From Eledone cirrhosa (taxonomy: Eukaryota): 64,000 bases of DNA. A model generated the notes under the pieces. The model saw only the letters and a list, made by a program, of their open reading frames with translations, had not been told where the DNA came from and ran no database searches. The position numbers were made by a program, and so were the translations under genes. Position 1 is the first letter of the stretch. Each line of letters begins with the position of its first letter. Below, piece by piece: positions 23,801 through 36,500 of this stretch. The stretch spans positions 8,804,001 through 8,868,000 of the forward strand of contig OZ024741.1 of the NCBI GenBank assembly GCA_964016885.1, written 5' to 3'.

Positions 23801-26800
23801 CACTCTGTCTTCCAGACACTCTGTCTGTATATCAGTCTGTCTTCCAGCCTCTCTCTCTGTATATCACTCTGTCTTCCAGCCTCTCTGTCTTCCAGCCAGT
23901 CTGTCTTCCAGCCTCTCTGTCTTACAGCCACTCTGTCTTCCAGCCTCTCTGTCTTCCAGCCACTCTGTCTTCCAGCCTCTCTGTCTTCCCGTCTCTCTGT
24001 CTGTATATCAGTCTGTCTTCCAGCCAATCAGTCTTCCAGTTTCTCTGTCTGTATATTAGTCTGTCTTCCAGCCTCACTCTCTTCCAGCCACTCTGGGTGT
24101 ATATCAGTCTGTCTTCCAGCCACTCTGTCTTCCAGTCGTTCTAACTGTATATCAGTCTGTCTTCCAGCCACTCTATCTTCCACCACACTGTCATCCAGGC
24201 ACTCTGTCTTCCAGCCTCTCTGTCTTCCAGTCTCTTTGTCTTCATATCAGTCTGTCTTCCAGCCACACTGTCTTCCAGTTTCTCTGTCTGTATATCAGTC
24301 TGTCTTCCACCCTCTTTGTCTTCCAGCCACTCTGTCTGTATATTAGTCTGTCTTCCAGACACTCTGTCTTCCAGCCACTCTCTCTTCCAGCCTCTCTGTC
24401 TTCCGGCCTCTCTGTCTTCCAGCCTCTCTGTCTGTATATTAGTCTGTCTCCGAACCTCTCTGTCTTCCAGCCACTCTGTCTTGCAGCCACTCTGTCAGTA
24501 TATCAGTCTGTCTTCCAGCCTCTCTGTCTGTATATCAGTCTATCTTCCAGCCTCTCTGTCTTCCAGCCACTCTGTTATTCCAGCCACTCTGTCTGTATAT
24601 CACTCTGTCTTCCAGCCTCTCTGTCTACAAGCCACTCTGTCTTCTAGCCTCTCTGTCTTCCAGCCTCTCTGTCTTCCAGCCACTCTGTCTTCCAGCCACT
24701 CTGTCTGTATATCAGTCTGTCTTCCAGTCCCTCTGTCTGTATATCAGACTGTCTTGCAGCCTCTCTGTCATCCAGCCACTCTGTCTTCCAGCCACTCTGT
24801 CTTCCAGCCACTCTGTCTTCCAGCCTCTCTGTCTTCCAGCCACTCTGTCTTCCAACCTCTCTGTCTTCCAGCCACTCTGTCTTCCAGCCTCTCTGTCTTG
24901 CAGCCACACTGTCTGTATACCAGACTGTCTTCCAGGCTCTCTGTCCTCCAGCCTCTCTGTCTTCCAGGCACTCTGTCTGTATATCAGTCTGTCTTCTGGC
25001 TTCTCTGTCTTCCAGCCACTCTGTCTGTATATCAGAGGGTTTTCCAGCCACTCTGTCTTCCAGCCTCTCTGTCTTCCAGCCACTCTGTCTTCCAGCCACT
25101 CTGTCTGTATATCAGTCTGTCTTTCAGCCACTCTGTCATCCAGCCACTCTGTCTATATATCAGTCTGTCTTCCAGCCTCTCTGTCTTCCAGCCTCTCTGT
25201 CTTCCAGCCACTCTGTCTGTAAATTATTCTGTTTCTGAGCCTCTCTGTCTTCCAGCGTCTCTGTCTTCCAGCCACTCTGTCTGTATATCAGTCTGTCTTC
25301 CAGCCACTCTGTCTTCCAGCCTCTCTGTCTTCCAGCCACTCTGTGTTCCAGCCACTCTGTCTGTATATCAGTCTGTCTTCCAGCCTCTCTGTCTTCCAGC
25401 CTCTCTGTCTTCCAGCCATTCAGTCTTTCAGACTATCTGTCTTCCAGCCTCTCTGTCTTCCAGCCACTGTGTCTGTATATCAGACTGTCTTCCAGCCTTT
25501 CTGTCTTCCAGCCACTCTGTCTTCCAGCCACTCTGTCTCTATATCAGTCTTTATTCCAGCCACTCTGTCTTCCAGCCACTCTGTGTTCCAGCCACTCTGT
25601 CTGTATATCAGTCTGTCTTCCAGCCTCTCTGTCTTCCAGCCATTCAGTCTTTCAGACTATCTGTCTTCCAGCCTCTCTGTCTTCCAGCCACTGTGTCTGT
25701 ATATCAGTCTGTCTTCCAGCCTCTCTGTCTTCCAGCCTCTCTGTCTTCCAGCCATTCAGTCTTTCAGACTATCTGTCTTCCAGCCTCTCTGTCTTCCAGC
25801 CACTGTGTCTGTATATCAGACTGTCTTCCAGCCTTTCTGTCTTCCAGCCTCTCTGTCTTCCAGCCACTCTGTCTTCCAGCCACTCTGTCTTCCAGCCAGT
25901 CTGTCTTCCAGCCTCTCTGTCTTCCAGCCTCTCTGTCTTCCAGCCTCTCTGTCTTCCAGCCACTCTGTCTTCCAGCCTCTCTGTCTTCCAACCACTCTGT
26001 CTTCCAGCCTCTCTGTCTTCTAGTCTCTCTGTCTGTATATCAGTCTGTCTACCAGCCAATCTGTGTTCCAGTTTCTCTGTCTGTATATTAGTCTGTCTTC
26101 CAGCCTCACTGTCTTCCAGCCACACTGGCTGTATATCAGTCTGTCTTCCAGCCACTCTGTCTTCCAGTCGTTCTAACTGTATATCAGTCTGTCTTCCAGA
26201 CACTCTGTCTTCCAGCCACACTGTCATCCAGCCACTCTGTCTTCCAGCCTCTCTGTCTTCCAGTCTCTTTGTCTGTATATCGGTCTGTCTTCCAGCCACT
26301 CTGTCTCCCCGTTTCTCTGTCTGTATATCAGTGTGTCTTCCAGCCTCTTTGTCTTCCAGCCACTCTGTCTGTATATCAGTCTGTCTTCCAGACACACTGT
26401 CTTCCAGCCACACTCTCTTACATCCTCTCTATCTTCCAGCCACTCTTTCTTCCAGCCTCTCTGTCTTCAAACTTCTCTGTCTTCCAGCCACTCTGTCTGT
26501 ATATTAGTCTGTCTCCGAACCTCTCTGTCTTCCAGCCACTCTGTCTTCCAGCCACTCTGTCTGTATATCAGTCTGTTTTCCAGCCTCTCTGTCTTCCAGC
26601 CACTCTGTCTGTATATCAGTCTGTCTTCCAGCCTCTCTGTCTTTATATCAGTCTGTCTTCCAGCCTCTCTGTCTTCCAGCCACTCTGTCTTCCAGCCACC
26701 CTGTCTGTATATCAGTCTGTCTTGCTGCCCCTCTGTCTGTATATCAGCCTGTCTTCCAGCCTCTCTGTCTTTGTATCAGTCTGTCTTCCAGCCTCTCTGT

Positions 26801-27399
26801 CTTCCAGCCACTCTTTCTTCCAGCCACTCTGTCTGTATATCAGTCTGTCTTGCTGCCCCTCTGTCTGTATATCAGCCTGTCTTCCAGCCTCTCTGTCTTC
26901 GAGCCACTCTGTCTTCCAGCCAATCTGTCTTCCAGCCAGTCTGTCATCCAGCCACTCTGTCTTCCAGCCTCTCTGTCTTCCAGCCACTCTGTCTTCCAAC
27001 CTCACTGTCTTCCAGCCACTCTGTCTTCCAGCCTCTCTGTCTTCCAGCCACACTGTCTGTATACCAGACTCTCTTCCAGCCTCACTGTCTTCCAGCCTCT
27101 CTGTCTTCCAGCCACTCTGTCTGTATATCAGTCTGTCTTCCAGCTTCTCTGTCATCCAGTCACTCTGTCTGTATATCAGTGGGTTTTCCAGCCTCTCTGT
27201 CTTCCAGCCTCTCTGTCTTCCAGCCACTCTGTCTTCCAGACACTCTGTCTTCCAGCCACTCTCTCTTCCAGCCTCTCTGTCTTCCAGCCTCTCTGTCTTC
27301 CAGCCTCTCTGTCTGTATATTAGTCTGTCTCCGAACCTCTCTGTCTTCCAGCCACTCTGTCTTCCAGCCACTCTGTCTGTATATCAGTCTGTCTTCCAG

Positions 27400-30300
27400 C
27401 CTCTCTGTCTGTATATCAGTCTGTCTTCCAGCCTCTCTGTCTACAAGCCACTCTGTCTTCTAGCCTCTCTGTCTTCCAGCCTCTCTGTCTTCCAGCCACT
27501 CTGTCTTCCAGCCACTCTGTCTGCATATCAGTCTGTCTTCCAGTCCCTGTGTCTGTATATCAGACTGTCTTGCAGCCTCTCTGTCATCCAGCCACTCTGT
27601 CTTCCAGCCACTCTGTCTTCAAGCCAGTCGGTCATCCAGCCACTCTGTCTTCCAGCCACTCTGTCTTCCAGCCTCTCTGTCTTCCAGCCAAACTGTCTGT
27701 ATACCAGACTGTCTTCCAGGCTCTCTGTCTTCCAGCCTCTCTGTCTTCCAGGCACTCTGTCTGTATATCAGTGTGTCTTCAGGCTTCTCTGTCTTCCAGC
27801 CACTCTGTCTTCCAGCCACTCTCTCTTCCAGCCTCTCTGTCTTCCAGCCACTCTGTCTGTATATTATTCTGTTTCTGAGCCTCTCTGTCTTCCAGCCACT
27901 CTGTCTTCTATCCACTCTGTCTGTATATCAGTCTGTCTTCTAGCCTCTCTGTCTTCCAGCCTCTCTGTCTGTATATCAGTCTGTCTTCCAGCCTCTCTGT
28001 CTTCCAGTCACTCTGTGTTCCAGCCACTCTGTCTGTATATCAGTCTGTCTTCCATCCTCTCTGTCTTCCAGCCACTCAGTCTTCCAGACTCTCTGTCATC
28101 CACCCTCTCTGTCTTCCAGCCACTGTGTCTGTATATCAGACTGTCTTCCAGTCTCTCTGTATTCCAGCCACTCTGTCTTCCAACCACTCTGTCCGTATAT
28201 CAATATGTCTTCCAGCCACTCTGTCTTCCAGACACTCTGTCTGTATATCAGTCTGTCTTCCAGCCTCTCTCTCTGTATATCACTCTGTCTTCCAGCCTCT
28301 CTGTCTTCCAGCCAGTCTGTCTTCCAGCCTCTCTGTCTTCCAGCCTCTCTGTGTTCCAGCCTCTCTGTCTTACAGCCACTCTGTCTTCCAGCCTCTCTGT
28401 TTTCCAGCCACTCTGTCTTCCAGCCTCTCTGTCTTCCAGTCTCTCTGTCTGTATATCAGTCTGTCTTCCAGCCAATCAGTCTTCCAGTTTCACTGTCTGT
28501 ATATTAGTCTGTCTTCCAGCCTCACTGTCTTCCAGCCACTCTGGGTGTATATCAGTCTGTCTTCCAGCCACTCTGTCTTCCAGTCGTTCTAACTGTATAT
28601 CAGTCTGTCTTCCAGCCACTCTGTCTTCCACCACACTGTCATCCAGGCACTCTGTCTTCCAGCCTCTCTGTCTTCCAGTCTCTTTGTCTTCATATCAGTC
28701 TGTTTTCCAGCCACACTGTCTTCCAGTTTCTCTGTCTGTATATCAGTCTGTCTTCCGCCCTCTTTGTCTTCCAGCCACTCTGTCATTATATTAGTCTGTC
28801 TTCCAGACACTCTGTCTTCCAGCCACTCTCTCTTCCAGCCTCTCTGTCTTCCGGCCTCTCTGTCTTCCAGCCTCTCTGTCTGTATATTAGTCTGTCTCCG
28901 AACCTCTCTGTCTTCCAGCCACTCTGTCTTCCAGCCACTCTGTCTGTATATCAGTCTGTCTTCCAGCCTCTCTGTCTGTATATCAGTCTATCTTCCAGCC
29001 TCTCTGTCTTCCAGCCACTCTGTTATTCCAGCCACTCTGTCTGTATATCACTCTCTCTTCCAGCCTCTCTGTCTACAAGCCACTCTGTCTTCTAGCCTCT
29101 CTGTCTTCCAGCCTCTCTGTCTTCCAGCCACTCTGTCTTCCAGCCACTCTGTCTGTATATCAGTCTGTCTTCCAGTCCCTCTGTCTGTATATCAGACTGT
29201 CTTGCAGCCTCTCTGTCATCCAGCCACTCTGTCTTCCAGCCACTCTGTCTTCCAGCCACTCTGCCTTCCAGCCTCTCTGTCTTCCAGCCACTCTGTCTTC
29301 CAACCTCTCTGTCTTCCAGCCACTCTGTCTGTATATCAGAGGGTTTTCCAGCCACTCTGTCTTCCAGCCTCTCTGTCTTCCAGCCACTCTGTCTTCCAGC
29401 CACTCTGTCTGTATATCAGTCTGTCTTTCAGCCACTCTGTCATCCAGCCACTCTGTCTGTATATCAGTCTGTCTTCCAGCCTCTCTGTCTTCCAGCCACT
29501 CTGTCTGTAAATTATTCTGTTTCTGAGCCTCTCTGTCTTCCAGCGTCTCTGTCTTCCAGCCATTCTGTCTGTATATCAGTCTGTCTTCTAGCCTCTCTGT
29601 CTGTATATTAGTCTGTCTTCCAGCCTTTCTCTCTTCCAGCCACTCTGTGTTCCAGCCACTCTGTCTGTATATCAGTCTGTCTTCCAGCCTCTCTGTCTTC
29701 CAGCCTCTCTGTCTTCCAGCCATTCAGTCTTTCAGACTATCTGTCTTCCAGCCTCTCTGTCTTCCAGCCACTGTGTCTGTATATCAGACTGTCTTCCAGC
29801 CTTTCTGTCTTCCAGCCACTCTGTCTTCCAGCCACTCTGTCTCTATATCAGTCTTTATTCCAGCCACTCTGTCTTCCAGACACTGTCTGTATATCAGTCT
29901 GTCTTCCAGCCTCTCTGTCTGTATATCACTCTGTCTCACAGCCTCTCTGTCTTCCAGCCACTCTGTCTTCCAGCCACTCTGTCTTCCAGCCACTCTGTCT
30001 TCCAGCCAGTCTGTCTTCCAGCCTCTCTGTCTTCCAGCCTCTCTGTCTTCCAGCCTCTCTGTCTTCCAGCCACTCTGTCTTCCAGCCTCTCTGTCTTCCA
30101 GCCACTCTGTCTTCCAGCCTCTTTGTCTTCTAGTCTCTCTGTCTGTATATCAGTCTGTCTACCAGCCAATCTGTGTTCCAGTTTCTCTGTCTGTATATTA
30201 GTCTGTCCTCCAGCCTCACTGTCTTCCAGCCACACTGGCTGTATATCAGTCTGTCTTCCAGCCACTCTGTCTTCCAGTCGTTCTAACTGTATATCAGTCT

Positions 30301-32340
30301 GTCTTCCAGCCACTCTGTCTTCCAGCCACACTGTCATCCAGCCACTCTGTCTTCCAGCCTCTCTGTCTTCCAGTCTCTTTGTCTGTATATCGGTCTGTCT
30401 TCCAGCCACTCTGTCTCCCCGTTTCTCTGTCTGTATATCAGTGTGTCTTCCAGCCTCTTTGTCTTCCAGCCACTCTGTCTGTATATCAGTCTGTCTTCCA
30501 GACACACTGTCTTCCAGCCACACTGTCTTACATCCTCTCTATCTTCCAGCCGCTCTTTCTTCCAGCCTCTCTGTCTTCAAACTTCTCTGTCTTCCAGCCA
30601 CTCTGTCTGTATATTAGTCTGTCTCCGAACCTCTCTGTCTTCCAGCCACTCTGTCTTCCAGACACTCTGTCTGTATATCAGTCTGTCTTCCAGCCTCTCT
30701 GTCTTTATATCAGTCTGTTTTCCAGCCTCTCTGTCTTCCAGCCACTCTGTCTGTATATTAGTCTGTCTCCGAACCTCTCTGTCTTCCAGCCACTCTGTCT
30801 TCCAGCCACTCTGTCTTCCAGCCACTCTGTCTGTATATCAGTCTGTCTTCCAGCCTCTCTGTCTTTATATCAGTCTGTCTTCCAGCCTCTCTGTCTTCCA
30901 GCCACTCTGTCTTCCAGCCACCCTGTCTGTATATCAGTCTGTCTTGCTGCCCCTCTGTCTGTATATCAGCCTGTCTTCCAGCCTCTCTGTCTTTATATCA
31001 GTCTGTCTTCCAGCCTCTGTGTCTCCCAGCCTCTCTGTCTTCCAGCCACTCTGTCTTCCAGCCACTCTGTCTGTATATCAGTCTGTCTTGCTGCCCCTCT
31101 GTCTGTATATCAGCCTGTCTTCCAGCCTCTCTGTCTTCCAGCCACTCTGTCTTCCAGCCAATCTGTCTTCCAGCCAGTCTGTCATCCAGCCACTCTGTCT
31201 TCCAGCCTCTCTGTCTTCCAGCCACTCTGTCTTCCAACCTCACTGTCTTCCAGCCACTCTGTCTTCCAGCCTCTTTGTCTTCCAGCCACACTGTCTGTAT
31301 ACCAGACTCTCTTCCAGCCTCACTGTCTTCCAGCCTCTCTGTCTTCCAGCCACTCTGTCTGTATATCAGTCTGTCTTCCAGCTTCTCTGTCATCCAGCCA
31401 CTCTGTCTGTATATCAGTGGGTTTTCCAGCCTCTCTGTCTTCCAGCCTCTCTGACTTCCAGCCACTCTGTCTTCCAGCCTCTCTGTCTTCCAGCCTCTCT
31501 GTCTGTATATCAGTCTGACTTACAGCCACTCTGTCTTCCAGCCACTCTGTCTGTATTTCAGACTGTCTGCCAGCCTTTCTGTCTTCCAGCCTCTCTGTCT
31601 TCCAGCCACTCTGTCTGTATATTAGTCTGTCTCCGAACCTCTCTGTCTTCCAGCCACTCTGTCTTCCAGCCACTCTGTCTTCCAGCCACTCTGTCTGTAT
31701 ATCAGTCTGTCTTCCAGCCTCTCTGTCTGTATATCAGTCTGTCTTCCAGCCTCTCTGTCTTCCAGCCACTCTGTCTTCCAGCCACTCTGTCTTCTGGCCA
31801 GTCTGACATCTAGCCACTCTGTCTTCCAAACTCTCTCTCTTCCAGACACTCTGTCTTCCAGCCTTTCTGTCTTCCAGCCACACTGTCTGTATATCAGACT
31901 GTCGTCCAGCCTATCTGTCTTCCAGCCTCTCTGTCTTCCAGCCACTCTGTCTTCCAGCCACTCTGTCTGTATATCAGACTGTCTTCCAGCCTCTCTGTCT
32001 TCCAGCGTCTCTGTCTGTATATCAGTCTGTCTTCCAGCCTCTCTGTCTATCAACCACTCTCTCTTCCAGCCTCTCTGTCTTCCAGCCACTCTGTCTTCCA
32101 GCCACTCTGTCATTCAGCCACTCTGTCTGTATATCAGTCTGTCTTCCAGCCTCTCTGTCTTTCAGCCACTCTCTCTTCCAGCCTCTGTGTCTTCCAGCCA
32201 CTCTGTCTTCCAGCCACTCTCTCTTCCAGCCTCTCTGTCTTCCAGCCGCTCTGTCTTCCAGCCACTCTGTCTGTATATCAGTCTGTCTTCCAGCCTCTCT
32301 GTCTGTATATCAGTCTGTCTTCCAGCCTCTCTGTCTTCCA
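27400..32340. repeat. ~4.9-kb block with a second copy at ~44190-49095 (offset ~16.6-16.8 kb)
   Basis: ORF offsets are 16789 (27528/44317, 28125/44914), 16629 (29092/45721), 16773 (29647/46420, 30379/47152) and 16757 (30998/47755, 31622/48379); all differ from each other by multiples of 16. Confidence 0.85.
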
Positions 32341-33599
32341 GTCACTCTGTGTTCCAGCCACTCTGTCTGTATATCAGTCTGTCTTCCATCCTCTCTGTCT
32401 TCCAGCCACTCAGTCTTCCAGACTCTCTGTCATCCACCCTCTCTGTCTTCCAGCCACTGTGTCTGTATATCAGACTGTCTTCCAGTCTCTCTGTATTCCA
32501 GCCACTCTGTCTTCCAACCACTCTGTCCGTATATCAATATGTCTTCCAGCCACTCTGTCTTCCAGACACTCTGTCTGTATATCAGTCTGTCTTCCAGCCT
32601 CTCTCTCTGTATATCACTCTGTCTTCCAGCCTCTCTGTCTTCCAGCCACTCTGTCTTCCAGCCACTCTCTCTTCCAGCCTCTCTGTCTTCCAGCCACTCT
32701 GTCTGTATATTATTCTGTTTCTGAGCCTCTCTGTCTTCCAGCCACTCTGTCTTCTATCCACTCTGTCTGTATATCAGTCTGTCTTCTAGCCTCTCTGTCT
32801 TCCAGCCTCTCTGTCTGTATATCAGTCTGTCTTCCATCCTCTCTGTCTTCCAGCCACTCAGTCTTCCAGACTCTCTGTCATCCACCCTCTCTGTCTTCCA
32901 GCCACTGTGTCTGTATATCAGACTGTCTTCCAGTCTCTCTGTATTCCAGCCACTCTGTCTTCCAACCACTCTGTCCGTATATCAATATGTCTTCCAGCCA
33001 CTCTGTCTTCCAGACACTCTGTCTGTATATCAGTCTGTCTTCCAGCCTCTCTCTCTGTATATCACTCTGTCTTCCAGCCTCTCTGTCTTCCAGCCAGTCT
33101 GTCTTCCAGCCTCTCTGTCTTCCAGCCTCTCTGTGTTCCAGTCTCTCTGTCTTACAGCCACTCTGTCTTCCAGCCTCTCTGTTTTCCAGTCACTCTGTCT
33201 TCCAGTCTCTCTGTCTGTATATCAGTCTGTCTTCCAGCCTCACTGTCTTCCAGCCACTCTGGGTGTATATCAGTCTGTCTTCCAGCCACTCTGTCTTCCA
33301 GTCGTTCTAACTGTATATCAGTCTGTCTTCCAGCCACTCTGTCTTCCACCACACTGTCATCCAGGCACTCTGTCTTCCAGCCTCTCTGTCTTCCAGTCTC
33401 TTTGTCTTCATATCAGTCTGTTTTCCAGCCACACTGTCTTCCAGTTTCTCTGTCTGTATATCAGTCTGTCTTCCGCCCTCTTTGTCTTCCAGCCACTCTG
33501 TCTGTATATTAGTCTGTCTTCCAGACACTCTGTCTTCCAGCCACTCTCTCTTCCAGCCTCTCTGTCTTCCGGCCTCTCTGTCTTCCAGCCTCTCTGTCT

Positions 33600-36500
33600 G
33601 TATATTAGTCTGTCTCCGAACCTCTCTGTCTTCCAGCCACTCTGTCTTCCAGCCACTCTGTCTGTATATCAGTCTGTCTTCCAGCCTCTCTGTCTGTATA
33701 TCAGTCTATCTTCCAGCCTCTCTGTCTTCCAGCCACTCTGTTATTCCAGCCACTCTGTCTGTATATCACTCTCTCTTCCAGCCTCTCTGTCTACAAGCCA
33801 CTCTGTCTTCTAGCCTCTCTGTCTTCCAGCCTCTCTGTCTTCCAGCCACTCTGTATTCCAGCCACTCTGTCTGTATATCAGTCTGTCTTCCAGTCCCTCT
33901 GTCTGTATATCAGACTGTCTTGCAGCCTCTCTGTCATCCAGCCACTCTGTCTTCCAGCCACTCTGTCTTCCAGCCACTCTGCCTTCCAGCCTCTCTGTCT
34001 TCCAGCCACTCTGTCTTCCAGCCTCTCTGTCTTGCAGCCACACTGTCTGTATACCAGACTGTCTTCCAGGCTCTCTGTCCTCCAGCCTCTCTGTCTTCCA
34101 GGCACTCTGTCTGTATATCAGTCTGTCTTCTGGCTTCTCTGTCTTCCAGCCACTCTGTCTGTATATCAGAGGGTTTTCCAGCCACTCTGTCTTCCAGCCT
34201 CTCTGTCTTCCAGCCACTCTGTCTTCCAGCCACTCTGTCTGTATATCAGTCTGTCTTTCAGCCACTCTGTCATCCAGCCACTCTGTCTGTATATCAGTCT
34301 GTCTTCCAGCCTCTCTGTCTTCCAGCCACTCTGTCTGTAAATTATTCTGTTTCTGAGCCTCTCTGTCTTCCAGCGTCTCTGTCTTCCAGCCATTCTGTCT
34401 GTATATCAGTCTGTCTTCTAGCCTCTCTGTCTGTATATTAGTCTGTCTTCCAGCCTTTCTCTCTTCCAGCCACTCTGTGTTCCAGCCACTCTGTCTGTAT
34501 ATCAGTCTGTCTTCCAGCCTCTCTGTCTTCCAGCCTCTCTGTCTTCCAGACATTCAGTCTTTCAGACTATCTGTCTTCCAGCCTCTCTGTCTTCCAGCCA
34601 CTGTGTCTGTATATCAGACTGTCTTCCAGCCTTTCTGTCTTCCAGCCACTCTGTCTTCCAGCCACTCTGTCTCTATATCAGTCTTTATTCCAGCCACTCT
34701 GTCTTCCAGACACTGTCTGTATATCAGTCTGTCTTCCAGCCTCTCTGTCTGTATATCACTCTGTCTCACAGCCTCTCTGTCTTCCAGCCACTCTGTCTTC
34801 CAGCCACTCTGTCTTCCAGCCACTCTGTCTTCCAGCCAGTCTGTCTTCCAGCCTCTCTGTCTTCCAGCCTCTCTGTCTTCCAGCCTCTCTGTCTTCCAGC
34901 CACTCTGTCTTCCAGCCTCTCTGTCTTCCAGCCACTCTGTCTTCCAGCCTCTTTGTCTTCTAGTCTCTCTGTCTGTATATCAGTCTGTCTACCAGCCAAT
35001 CTGTGTTCCAGTTTCTCTGTCTGTATATTAGTCTGTCCTCCAGCCTCACTGTCTTCCAGCCACACTGGCTGTATATCAGTCTGTCTTCCAGCCACTCTGT
35101 CTTCCAGTCGTTCTAACTGTATATCAGTCTGTCTTCCAGCCACTCTGTCTTCCAGCCACACTGTCATCCAGCCACTCTGTCTTCCAGCCTCTCTGTCTTC
35201 CAGTCTCTTTGTCTGTATATCGGTCTGTCTTCCAGCCACTCTGTCTCCCCGTTTCTCTGTCTGTATATCAGTGTGTCTTCCAGCCTCTTTGTCTTCCAGC
35301 CACTCTGTCTGTATATCAGTCTGTCTTCCAGACACACTGTCTTCCAGCCACACTGTCTTACATCCTCTCTATCTTCCAGCCGCTCTTTCTTCCAGCCTCT
35401 CTGTCTTCAAACTTCTCTGTCTTCCAGCCACTCTGTCTGTATATTAGTCTGTCTCCGAACCTCTCTGTCTTCCAGCCACTCTGTCTTCCAGACACTCTGT
35501 CTGTATATCAGTCTGTCTTCCAGCCTCTCTGTCTTAATATCAGTCTGTTTTCCAGCCTCTCTGTCTTCCAGCCACTCTGTCTGTATATTAGTCTGTCTCC
35601 GAACCTCTCTGTCTTCCAGCCACTCTGTCTTCCAGCCACTCTGTCTGTATATCAGTCTGTCTTCCAGCCTCTCTGTCTACAAGCCACTCTGTCTTCTAGC
35701 CTCTCTGTCTTCCAGCCTCTCTGTCTTCCAGCCACTCTGTCTTCCAGCCACTCTGTCTGTATATTAGTCTGTCTCCGAACCTCTCTGTCTTCCAGCCACT
35801 CTGTCTTCCAGCCACTCTGTCTGTATATCAGTCTGTCTTCCAGCCTCTCTGTCTACAAGCCACTCTGTCTTCTAGCCTCTCTGTCTTCCAGCCTCTCTGT
35901 CTTCCAGCCACTCTGTCTTCCAGCCACTCTGTCTGCATATCAGTCTGTCTTCCAGTCCCTGTGTCTGTATATCAGACTGTCTTGCAGCCTCTCTGTCATC
36001 CAGCCACTCTGTCTTCCAGCCACTCTGTCTTCAAGCCAGTCGGTCATCCAGCCACTCTGTCTTCCAGCCACTCTGTCTTCCAGCCTCTCTGTCTTCCAGC
36101 CAAACTGTCTGTATACCAGACTGTCTTCCAGGCTCTCTGTCTTCCAGCCTCTCTGTCTTCCAGGCACTCTGTCTGTATATCAGTCTGTCTTCAGGCTTCT
36201 CTGTCTTCCAGCCACTCTGTCTTCCAGCCACTCTCTCTTCCAGCCTCTCTGTCTTCCAGCCACTCTGTCTGTATATTATTCTGTTTCTGAGCCTCTCTGT
36301 CTTCCAGCCACTCTGTCTTCTATCCACTCTGTCTGTATATCAGTCTGTCTTCTAGCCTCTCTGTCTTCCAGCCTCTCTGTCTGTATATCAGTCTGTCTTC
36401 CAGCCTCTCTGTCTTCCAGTCACTCTGTGTTCCAGCCACTCTGTCTGTATATCAGTCTGTCTTCCATCCTCTCTGTCTTCCAGCCACTCAGTCTTCCAGA

